Positions 9,180-17,874 of a stretch of 32,000 nt of DNA are shown here, one piece after another. Under the pieces are notes generated by a model. The model was given only the letters and a program-made list of their open reading frames with translations, did not search any database and had not been told where the DNA came from. Made by a program: the position numbers and the translations under genes. The DNA is from Promethearchaeota archaeon. Its GTDB lineage: Archaea > Asgardarchaeota > Thorarchaeia > Thorarchaeales > Thorarchaeaceae. Each line of letters starts with the position of its first letter. Within the stretch, counting starts at the first letter, position 1. The stretch spans positions 52,925 to 84,924 of the forward strand of contig JALVPN010000165.1 in NCBI GenBank assembly GCA_027031765.1, given 5' to 3'.

Positions 9180-10758
9180 CTAGTACTGGTTTGGTCCTGC
9201 GTAGTCTATTGTGTACTTGACATCCCCTCCATACTTGGGGTAGAGCGAGTTGTAGTGATATGGGAGGAGAAGCCCATCTGTGGGATCCTTGTCGTAGGCG
9301 GAAACAGATGGGTCGTTGAGTTTGTCGTCGAGGCAAGACCATATCTGGAAGAACCTGTAGCCAAAGTTCACACGGTAGTATGCTGTCTGGTTCCAGAGGT
9401 GAAGCGTAGGATCCGCGTGGATCCATGTCAACTCTGAGCCATCATGCTGTTCCCACATATTCCAGAACCAATCAAACTTCTGCGGGTCATCTGGATCCCA
9501 GTCCCACGAGGTGTACGGGTTCTGGTATTCGAGTTCCCAGACTCTCCATGCGTCAACACGGGAGTACTGTTGCGCATTCTCATGCCACAACAGGCAGTTC
9601 TCCCACCATTGGTTCACAACGCTCCATATCTCACACCACGCGTGGGAGCTGGCTCTCACGTCTGTACCAAACATCTGTCGAGCCGGTATCCCCATTGACC
9701 TCAGCAATGAGATCTCCATATTCGATATTTCATCGCACATTCCCTCCCATCCTTCAGATATGATTCTCAAGTCCGACATTGAACACTCTGTCCGGTAAGC
9801 TGGCGTACCACTGCGAATCATCTTGTGATCTACGCAATACGTCATAATGACTGCTGCCCCACTGACATAAGGCACACGATAGTCGTCAAGAAGATTTGCT
9901 GCGGCCCACCTAATGTTCCAGTCATCGCTGTGGAACAGGGCATACTGGTCTGGAATACCGAATCCATCGATGCTCCTGAGGCCCTCCCAGTAGTAGTCTG
10001 AATTGTTCGAGGCCTGCGACATGACATCCGCTGGTGGGGGAGTTGGCAGGTCGCTCGAACCAAAGGTCTGCACGAAATTGTATCCAAAGTCCTTGTAGAA
10101 CACTGCAGCACCAACGCGCGCCACACCTCTCTTCACACCCACCGATGTCAGTGGAACCGTCACCTTCAGGTCCTTGGAACCGTAACCGTGTATGACACGC
10201 ATTGAACCTGACACCGAGAACTCCTCTCTGTAGACCTCACGGGTTTCAAGGTCATACCCCTCGAACGTTACTGGGTAGGTTCCGGGTCTGTCACTGTCGG
10301 TCACACACTGGAACCTTATTGTCAGAGTCTTGCCTCTAGTCCAGACACTCGGCACTGTTACCCAGAAGTAGACCTCATGAAATCCCCTCGTGTTCGCATT
10401 ATCGATGAGTCCGGCGCTTCTCAAGCGGGTGATAATCTCCTTGAAGCCCGGCATGGGGGCGGTCTTAGTATGCACGCGACGCAGGTCGACTCCCATGGAC
10501 GCAAGGATGTCCTCGGGGACATTTGTCGCGACAAGGCATGGTCCAAGATCCTCATCAAGGAACACGGATGGCGCCTCTCTCAGTGGTCTTGTTGTCCCTC
10601 TCGGGACCGGACAATCAGACGAACCGGCAAGAGGCACTACCTCTTGGGGGGGGGAGTGCATGAGCATCAGGACTGCTCAGTGCAGGCATCCCGGCAAAGC
10701 TAGAAACCACGAAGACACAGGTCACCACACAGGTGACCAGATACCGTTTGACAAGCAT
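9180..10758 (-). CDS. Secreted transglutaminase-like (papain-fold Cys-His-Asp) protein, frameshifted at a C9 tract after the signal peptide
   Basis: GMCDEISNMEISLLRSMGIPAR (Cys), SHAWCEIW (His), WIHADPT (Asp). Signal peptide MLVKRYLVTCVVTCVFVVSSFAGMPALS from ATG 10758 is in a different frame, and C8 instead of C9 would join it to the 495-aa ORF. Confidence 0.85.
10646..10654 (-). repeat. C9 homopolymer (G9 on + strand) at the frameshift site
   Basis: Read directly: ctctt-GGGGGGGGG-agtgca. Confidence 0.95.
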
Positions 10759-11009
10759 CCTACTCACGATCTCACCGACAGAGTATTGCTGACAGAGCAT
10801 ATAAGAGTTCTGTGGCCAGAGCAGGAGATGGGGCCGACTGGTTCTCTCTGTTGGCACTCTCGGGACTCAACGCTTATCATATCTAGGCGTCTGGTGGTTC
10901 ATTTTCCCTCACTGGCCTCTTCGGTCCGGACACTCTCTCCGTGGGCGGACTGACTGCGCCACCACAAGTCTTAATGATATGCCAGAGGATCGTGGTGACG
11001 GTGTCCAGC

Positions 11010-11474
11010 ATGAGAACCAAGTCGAGATACCCTGAGGTCATCGAATATCATGCCACATCAGACTGGGATGGCAAGACTGGTGGCACAGCCACTGTGGGCG
11101 AGGGACGCACGATTGTCTACGACACACCGACGACCTACGGTGGGAACGGTCAGGGAATCTGTCCTGACGAGATGTTTGTGGCTGCCATGCTCGGGTGTCT
11201 CAACAACACGTTCTTGGACTTCCAGCGCCGCTTTGAACTCGAACTAATCTCCATGAGGCTTGAGGGAAAGGCAGTGGCGCGGTTTGACAGTGAGGGTTAT
11301 ACAGTCACCGGGTTGCAGGTGCGCGACGAGGTTGTTGTGGAATAGGGTGGACTTGAAGTCGCCGAGCGGTGCGTTCAGCTGATGAAGAAGTACTGCCACC
11401 TGTCGCGCACGATCAAGGGCTGCCTCCCGTTTGAGTTCGATGTCAAGGTGCGCGAGGTCAAGCAGGAGTCTTGA
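11010..11474 (+). pseudogene. OsmC/Ohr family protein interrupted by an in-frame TAG (11343-11345)
   Basis: PDEMFVAAMLGCLNNTF (first Cys) precedes the TAG. The same frame continues 42 codons, GGLEVAERCVQLMKKYCHLSRTIKGCLPFEFDVKV (second Cys motif), to TGA at 11472-11474. Confidence 0.8.
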
Positions 11475-11826
11475 TCCTCAGTTCGTCCATCAGTTCAAGT
11501 ATCTTCTCCATGTACCGTGTCATGTTCGTCCAGTAGGCCCCCTGAAAGTATACTGCATTGCATCTCTCGCAGAGCCAGAACACATCATAGTGTTTGTAGG
11601 TCTGTTCGAACACGAGATCCTTGACCCTTCTCCGTTCGTCACCCCGGAGTTCCACAAGCTCGCCATTGCACTTGGAACATCTCGCCCTTGACTCGTCTAT
11701 CACCGGTTCTATCCCGAACTCCATGAACACCTTCGCCACGCCCTCATCTACACTTCCCCTCACAAGCATGGCTGGAACACCGCTGATCGTGCTCTCTATC
11801 TCCAGCTGACTCACGAATGCTTGCAA
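11458..11826 (-). pseudogene. Mut7-C RNase (PIN-like with Zn ribbon), C-terminal part only
   Basis: RARCSKCNGEL…FWLCERCNAVYFQGAYW matches the Mut7-C Zn ribbon. The N-terminal PIN half (D.MLG.LA.WLR..G.D) is missing and is replaced by HerA sequence. Confidence 0.75.
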
Positions 11827-12655
11827 CTAGGTCCTCCCGCCCCCATGTCCTGCCCCTAAGCTCTCCAAGCGCTCGTCGCAACAAGCTTCTCTGTTTTACT
11901 GCATTCATGGGAATCTTGAGTATCGAGAAGTAGTCTCTGGTTGCAAAGCTGTTGCATCTGAGCCTGAGTGGCCAAATGCCATCGTTGCCACCCCGATTCA
12001 CAGAGAACACGACAGCACGGTCTCCGAGATCCTCCTGCATCGCCACGTATTCGTCATGGGGATCCACAATCACAATGGCAGCGCCGAGTTCCAACATCCG
12101 AGACGTAATGACTGCCACCGTGTTGCCCTTCCCACCACCTGTAAGCGACAATACTGCAAGATGCCTTGTAACAAGCTTTCCCACATCAAGTTTCACTCTT
12201 ACGCCCTCATGTCCCATCAAACTTCCAATCTCGATATGACCCACCGAAAAGATCCTGCTCAGCAGTCCTGATGATGCTCTTGTAACCCTTGCTCTAGGCC
12301 GTGGCGAGAACCTAGGTGACACAATCTTGCCGTCTTCATCGATGTAGCCCACAACCTGTGCCTTGGCTGTAAGGACTTCGCCATCATGCAGGTCGCTGAT
12401 ACTAAGAAGAGTGGCGAACTCCTCTGGCCCCGTCAGGATTGACTCCGGCATGTTGAGGTTGACAAGTCCTATGTCTGTGACACGGGCCAACACTGGGTCG
12501 GTGACGTTTCGATTTGCGTATGTAATTGCCAAGTAGTCCCCCAGTCTGAGGGGATTACTCTCAGCAGTGGCTGCATCAAGTCTGACAACTACCTCCCTAG
12601 GTGTTGTGGTTCCCAAGAGGTTTCCTATCACGTGCTCCTTCGTCACTATATACAA
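11744..12655 (-). pseudogene. herA: HerA-family helicase/translocase, N-terminal ~290 aa only
   Basis: HAS-barrel-like N-terminus, RHLAVLSLTGGGKGNT (Walker A) and IVIVDPHDEY. No Walker B (DEAH) or arginine-finger region. Runs into the Mut7-C sequence in another frame. Confidence 0.8.
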
Positions 12656-12658
12656 CTC

Positions 12659-12967
12659 CTATCCGAATCTCTCTCCCCTTTGCGTCCGCAGAATCACTCT
12701 TGCCGCCCTCATATCCATTCCAGCTACCTTTGCACGTATCTGGTCTATTCGTCGCTTTGCCTCTGCCTTGCTAATCGTGGCGCGTTTGTGCACTACATGA
12801 GAGTATGTGAAGTATCCATTCATGTCATGTGCTAGCACGAGGAATCTCTCAATCTTCTCGAGCTGGTCTGCTTGCAGCCTGGGAAAGTCAACGGCAAATG
12901 GCTGACCATGTGGTTTCAAGATTCCAAAGACCCTGCAGGCCTCACCAATCAGGCGTTGTACTGTCAT
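12659..12967 (-). pseudogene. nurA: Probable NurA nuclease C-terminal fragment
   Basis: NGYFTYSHVVHKRATIS resembles the NurA GYPYPL..AH….I motif and lies 3 nt upstream of herA. The catalytic N-terminal part is absent. Confidence 0.5.
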
Positions 12968-13108
12968 CGACGCATCATGTGTTGCATAACGACGTTTTCC
13001 TTCGTGTCAATACGGCACTTGTGACGCTTCTTGATTACCACAATCACGACAAAGCACAATGACGATTGCCGCTCCTATGTAGAGCCACGGAATGGCCTGC
13101 TCTGTTGT
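12964..13108 (-). pseudogene. Remnant of a C-terminal membrane-anchor coding segment
   Basis: TTEQAIPWLYIGAAIVIVL shifts frame at CTTT into VVIVVIKKRH, the TM-plus-basic-tail pattern of the intact surface proteins nearby. No ectodomain. Confidence 0.35.
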
Positions 13109-13281
13109 TCATCCCCTTGTGAGACTACACGGATCTGTGTTTCGTTCCACCTATGGAGGACTATTCCTGCTGATGCGGACAACCAGCCATCTGTCTGTCC
13201 TGCTAGCCAAGGAGTACCCTCGACCCCGGTCTGGTGTGCAACTGCAGGACAGGACAGGACATGACTGGCTGTTCATCAGGA

Positions 13282-14223
13282 TTAGACAATCTCATGAATG
13301 GACCTGAACTCGTCATTGCTTTTCCAGCCGAGGTTCAGTGGGACTTCTAGGTCTCTTCGCAGCCGCTCCACGTATCTCAAGTCTTGCTTTTCCGGTCTTC
13401 TGTCGAGGACAATCAACCACCGGTCGTATGGTTCGCGTCCGGGGTAGAAGTTGTACTCAAAGACCTGCCCCATCGCCTCACGGATTGAACGTGTGACGCT
13501 CAAGCCGTACACGACTTTGAGTTCTGCCATGTGTGTTGTGCTGTCAGTCCTGAAAGCAACATCAATGCGGTTGTGTTCTAACCGGATGTCCTCTGCTCCC
13601 CGCTCCACCAGCCAGTCATAGAGACTGTTTGCGAGTCTACGGTGCCTCGGCTCGATTATCTTCATCAGTGCTGGAGTCACTCTCGTATAGTCCGACTCTG
13701 AGAGGTACTCATGAGTTCTAGGTCTCAGTGAGAACAGGCGGTCAATGTCTGGAATCCTGTCTGCCTTCCTGAGCTTGAACCTGAACACGCGTTGCCTCTC
13801 GCCATTCGGCATTCTGCGGGATGACTCGAAGTCCCTCTCGATACCTGTGATCCGCCAGATACCTTCGAACCTCCATGGGTCGCCCTTCCTCTCACCTTTG
13901 AACTTCACAAACAGGTACACTGGGAACTCTTGGTAGTCCACCATGATCCTGTTGCCATAGCTCAGTCTCTGGTGCCCTTTTTCCGGGAGCCCGTCGCCTA
14001 TGTAGTAGAACTGGTCGCTTCCTGGCTCGTACTCGTCGTCGTACAGTGCCTTAGCAAGGTTCATCTTGATGAGGATGGCCTCCGGACTGTCCCTTGGTGC
14101 CAGCACTATCCCCCGCTGGAAGTTGCCCCCTGGCCTAGGCTCATACCCTGCAGCCAGTGCCATCTCGCTGTAATCGTAGCGTTCGCCCTCAATGAAGCCT
14201 CTCAGTTCCAACTTGGCCATCAC
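13282..14223 (-). CDS. SRA/YDG-like domain fused to a PD-(D/E)XK nuclease (putative modification-dependent restriction endonuclease)
   Basis: YDDEYEPGSDQFYYIGDGLPEKGHQRLSYGN…PVYLF…WRFEG fits the SRA pattern. EHNRIDV…HMAELK…SIREAMGQVFEY fits PD-(D/E)XK. GGGGTG abuts the ATG. Confidence 0.75.
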   Translation of the reverse strand: MMAKLELRGFIEGERYDYSEMALAAGYEPRPGGNFQRGIVLAPRDSPEAILIKMNLAKALYDDEYEPGSDQFYYIGDGLPEKGHQRLSYGNRIMVDYQEFPVYLFVKFKGERKGDPWRFEGIWRITGIERDFESSRRMPNGERQRVFRFKLRKADRIPDIDRLFSLRPRTHEYLSESDYTRVTPALMKIIEPRHRRLANSLYDWLVERGAEDIRLEHNRIDVAFRTDSTTHMAELKVVYGLSVTRSIREAMGQVFEYNFYPGREPYDRWLIVLDRRPEKQDLRYVERLRRDLEVPLNLGWKSNDEFRSIHEIV

Positions 14224-14460
14224 CCCTTCTATAACTACTAGTAATGTGCTGCTGTGATATGAATCAATCCTTGATATCGTCCCCAGTGCGTTTCGATGAA
14301 CACTGCATTAGTTTCGGTCTTGGTCGCAGTACAGTTCCCACAAGATGACCGACCATGCCGGCTGGGTCAGTCCGGCAAGTGCAGGGAGGTTTCACCGGGG
14401 CCCAGCACTGTCCTGTCGAGTGTGCTGACCCGTTAGGACGGTACCAACTGCAAGAGTGAA

Positions 14461-15489
14461 ATGCAGGTGGACTCCTCTTACACCCGGACAAAGCCCAATA
14501 CTTGCAAAAGATGTGTGGATGAAATGGTTCCGGAGCCGCAGGAGAGGTCGAGACGACGGTACATCCCGCACCTTGCGGCGTCCCGTTTCCGGCCTACAGA
14601 GGACTGGACGCACAGTGAGGCGCGAGACGCATTCTTAGCTGCCCGGTTCGACATTGATGTGGACACCGTGCACTATGAGGACTGCATCGAGGGCATGGAG
14701 CGCCTGCCGGACGGGTGTATTGATGTTGTGATTGCTGACCCGCCGTTTGGGATTTCATTCAGCGGGAAAGAGTCCCTGTACAACCGGGACTCAGGGCTGG
14801 TCGTCGATGGCTACCATGAGGTCGAACGGGACTATGCCGAGTTCACGGTCGAGTGGGTCAGCAAGCTACCCCGGCTCCTCAAGGAAACGGGTTCGGCATG
14901 GATATTCAGCGGATGGACGAACCTGCGTGATGTGCTCAATGCTGTTGCGTTGAGTGGCCTCACTACGGTCAACCACATCATCTGGAAGTATCAGTTCGGG
15001 GTGTTCACACGCCGGAAGTTCGTGACGAGCCACTATCACCTGCTCTTCCTTGTCAAGGATCCGAAGCGCTACTACTTCAACAAGATACAGCACTATCCCC
15101 TCGATGTCTGGGAGATAAAGCGGACATACATGCGCGGCCAGGTCAAGAACGGGACGAAACTGCCCGAGCAACTCGTGATGCGCTGCATAGACTTCACATC
15201 ACGCCCGGGAGACCTGGTACTTGACCCGTTCATGGGCAATGGTACCACTGCTGTGGCATGCAAGGGCTCCTTCAGACATTTCATCGGGTTTGAGATTAAC
15301 CCGAACATGAGGGGGATTATAGAGTCGAACCTCTCCCTGATTGGGCCTGGCGACCTGTACGTCCCATACTCGGCACGGAGTGACCCCCTTGTTGACAGTG
15401 CTAAGAAGAAGTTCTTTGAACCGGAGGGCCCGCACCGGGACCGCAAGGGCGACCAGTCATCCATAGAACACTGGACAGGCCCTGATTGA
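14461..15489 (+). CDS. Site-specific DNA methyltransferase, N4-C/N6-A, beta class
   Basis: Motif IV IADPPF precedes motif I VLDPFMGNGTT. Start uncertain (14461 or 14524). Confidence 0.92.
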   Translation: MQVDSSYTRTKPNTCKRCVDEMVPEPQERSRRRYIPHLAASRFRPTEDWTHSEARDAFLAARFDIDVDTVHYEDCIEGMERLPDGCIDVVIADPPFGISFSGKESLYNRDSGLVVDGYHEVERDYAEFTVEWVSKLPRLLKETGSAWIFSGWTNLRDVLNAVALSGLTTVNHIIWKYQFGVFTRRKFVTSHYHLLFLVKDPKRYYFNKIQHYPLDVWEIKRTYMRGQVKNGTKLPEQLVMRCIDFTSRPGDLVLDPFMGNGTTAVACKGSFRHFIGFEINPNMRGIIESNLSLIGPGDLYVPYSARSDPLVDSAKKKFFEPEGPHRDRKGDQSSIEHWTGPD

Positions 15490-15817
15490 CACGGGCCCGG
15501 CACCACGGCCACACTACGGTACCACGTTGTTGTCTCTCAGTCCATGGTCGTCCGCCCGGATTGACAGGACATGGCACTCGGGGTGACCTCTCACTCCCGA
15601 CCCCACACAAGGCCTATTGCGTCACTGTGTGACGCCGCATAGTGGTCGCTGGGCATGGTCTCTTCTAAGGGTTGCACTGTCGAGTCCCTGACATCGCTGT
15701 AACCATCAGTGGCCCGCTCTCGGGTCGCCCCCCTGGATACCCGTGATTCTGGTACGGGGGAACAGGGCCCATCAATGGTTCTGCTCCCGAGTACCAACTG
15801 TGCTCTTGGTGTCTTTC

Positions 15818-16069
15818 CTACTCCCTGCGGCTCTTGGTCTGTTCGTAGGCCTCCCAGCTCTCGGCGGCGGTGGAGTGCCCACGTGACCTGAGCTCTGTAA
15901 GGACATGCTCGCGTATTGCTGGGCTCTCGATGACATCTTCCTTTCTGGCCTCGAGGGATGCAGCAATCTCGCGGGCAATCTCATATGGTGCACCAGCCCT
16001 TACGGCACTGACGACTATCTTCTCTGGCATGAAGGGCTCCATTGAGCCATTTCTTTTCTTTACCCGCAT
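15818..16069 (-). CDS. Stand-alone ATP-cone domain protein
   Basis: MRVKKRNGSMEPFMPEKIVVSAVRAGA…IREHVLTEL is the ATP-cone signature. Confidence 0.85.
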   Translation of the reverse strand: MRVKKRNGSMEPFMPEKIVVSAVRAGAPYEIAREIAASLEARKEDVIESPAIREHVLTELRSRGHSTAAESWEAYEQTKSRRE

Positions 16070-16225
16070 GTCTGTTCACCTGTGAAATGAACGTGTTGTA
16101 TTGGCCCAGAACCACTTAAGGGTTGGCCTTCCATGGTACGGTGAGGTCTCACTCCTACCAGGGTGTCCCTTGGCCCGCCTCCCGCAGTGTGGATTACTCC
16201 CAGCAGACCGGATGACGATGTGGGA

Positions 16226-16690
16226 CTAAATGGGCAGTGTGCGTACCTCTTTCATGCACTTGAACACTGCAATCGTCTTGGTTCTCCTGACGCCCTCCAC
16301 ATTCCTCAGCTTTCCAATCACGAAGGTCCCCACATCCTCTATGCTCTTGGTCTTCACCTTCAACAGCAGATCCCAGTCGCCAGCAATTATATAGACCTCG
16401 GTGACCTCGGGGAATGCTGCTATCCTCTCGGCAATCGCCTCTTGTGAGAACTCCACACCGCTGAGGTACTCCACCGCGACCAGTATTATGGCAGTCGTTG
16501 GTAAGCCCAGCTTGTCGTGGTCGAGCGTAGCAATGTAGCCTGTTATCACACCGTCCCTCCTCATTCTCTTTATCTTGTCATACACCGTCGTTATTGGCAT
16601 CCCCAGCCTCTTTGCAATGTGCTTGATTGGCTGTCTGCAGTCCTCCTGCAGGATTCTCAACAATGCTAGGTCGGCCTCGCTGAGCTTCAT
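16226..16690 (-). CDS. Lrp/AsnC family transcriptional regulator
   Basis: HTH LSEADLALLRILQEDCRQPIKHIAKRLG plus RAM domain FPEVTEVYIIAGDWDLLLKV. Confidence 0.95.
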   Translation of the reverse strand: MKLSEADLALLRILQEDCRQPIKHIAKRLGMPITTVYDKIKRMRRDGVITGYIATLDHDKLGLPTTAIILVAVEYLSGVEFSQEAIAERIAAFPEVTEVYIIAGDWDLLLKVKTKSIEDVGTFVIGKLRNVEGVRRTKTIAVFKCMKEVRTLPI

Positions 16691-16703
16691 GTGTCCGGAA
16701 GAA

Positions 16704-16760
16704 TTACGGAATCGATATGAATCTTAGCATCTGTTATGGAACAATTACATATTATCCGTA
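16704..16760. promoter_or_regulatory. AT-rich divergent intergenic region with possible Lrp sites
   Basis: TTACGGAA (16704) and TTATGGAA (16734) are 30 nt apart. TCCGTA (16755) is the inverse of TACGGA (16705). Confidence 0.3.
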
Positions 16761-16782
16761 GAATATTACATGTGCGACCTGA

Positions 16783-17787
16783 GTGCCTGTGCTCTCGGTG
16801 TCTGAAATGTCACACGAGACAAGTGAGTTGGACTCCACAGTGCCCCCATTCCTGTCGGTCCGGACCGAGCGGTCGAGGGCAGTGCTCAGGGTCCAGGACA
16901 GGGTCATGGGCGCGGTCAGGAAGTTCTTTGAAGGTGTGAAGTTTTATGAGGTGCGGCCAGCAGTCATCGGGCCTGTGACAGACCCCGGGATCCGCGGGGC
17001 CGGGATTGCTTCGTTCGACTACTATGGTCATCGCTACGTGATCACGAGCAGTATGATCCTCTACAAACAGATGCTCATTGCGGCTCTGGTCAGGGTGTTC
17101 ATCTTCTCACCGTGTGTCCGTCTGGAGAAGGAACGGACAGACCGCCACCTGACAGAGTTCGTGCAGGTGGACGTTGAGGCAGCGCACCACTCCCGTGATG
17201 AGATAATGGACATAGCAGAGGCCCTCCTTGTGCATGTCATCAAGGATGTCCGGAGCAGCTGTCAGGACGAGCTCCGCCTTCTCGGTCGTCGTCTCTCAGT
17301 ACCAAGGACTCCTTTCAGGAAACTGACGTTCGATGATACGGCCGCCTTGGCCGAGGAGCTGGGCTACAGGGTCGAAGAGGGGACTGAACTACCGTTTGAG
17401 GCGGAGGTGGAGCTGTCGTCCCGCTTTGACGGCCCGTTCTGGGTCGTGGGCTATCCGACCAGTGCCCGGGGCTTCTACTACCGGCTCGACCCCAACAGTC
17501 CTGAGAGGCTGCTGGACTTTGACCTGATGTACCCCGAGGGCTTTGGTGAGGCGGCCTCCGGTGGTGAGCGTGAGTTCGAATATGACCGGGTCGTCAGGAG
17601 GTTGGCCGGTCAAGGCCTTGACAGCAGCCGGTTCAAGTGGTATCTCGACATGCTCAGGGTGGGGGTGCCACCATCTGCAGGGTTTGGTATTGGACTGGAG
17701 CGTCTGACAAGGTACATCTGTGGGCTCGACGACATTCGTGAGGCAACGCCGTTCCCCGCCGTACCCGGCACCACCCTGTACCCGTAG
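16783..17787 (+). CDS. asnA: Archaeal-type asparagine synthetase A (AspRS catalytic-core paralog lacking the anticodon-binding domain)
   Basis: Class II aaRS motifs SPCVRLEK…RHLTEFVQVDVE and PPSAGFGIGLERL; TDPG…SSMILYKQ. Only 334 aa with no OB fold. Start uncertain. Confidence 0.88.
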   Translation: MPVLSVSEMSHETSELDSTVPPFLSVRTERSRAVLRVQDRVMGAVRKFFEGVKFYEVRPAVIGPVTDPGIRGAGIASFDYYGHRYVITSSMILYKQMLIAALVRVFIFSPCVRLEKERTDRHLTEFVQVDVEAAHHSRDEIMDIAEALLVHVIKDVRSSCQDELRLLGRRLSVPRTPFRKLTFDDTAALAEELGYRVEEGTELPFEAEVELSSRFDGPFWVVGYPTSARGFYYRLDPNSPERLLDFDLMYPEGFGEAASGGEREFEYDRVVRRLAGQGLDSSRFKWYLDMLRVGVPPSAGFGIGLERLTRYICGLDDIREATPFPAVPGTTLYP

Positions 17788-17874
17788 TCGCCAGCCCTTC
17801 AGTCCCCGGTGCAGACTGCACCCTCGGCTGAGCACGGTACCCTTGACAGAGGGTATCTGGTACCGGGGCCCTTA

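Larger units (their letters stand above)
6780..9513. repeat. Diverged tandem duplication, period ~1.5 kb (~6780-8013 vs ~8265-9513)
   Basis: 7394-7492 equals 8893-8991 (99 bp exact). 7832-7989 vs 9331-9488 differ at 4 of 158 positions. Flanking parts are visibly more diverged. Confidence 0.9.

Noticed and set aside
7394-9488. Possible diversity-generating retroelement TR/VR pair
   Set aside because: Differences are not restricted to adenines, both copies are coding, and there is no reverse transcriptase in the window.
14422-14520. GTG…TAG GAC GGT ACC AAC TGC AAG upstream and in frame with the DNA MTase, hinting at a xxxC…CKRC Zn finger and a second amber readthrough
   Set aside because: Only three cysteines, and just a few codons lie upstream of the TAG. 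Too weak to support recoding.
17808-17822. GGTGCAG-A-CTGCACC interrupted palindrome between convergent genes
   Set aside because: 7-bp arms, 1-nt loop and no U-tract; expected by chance in GC-rich DNA.
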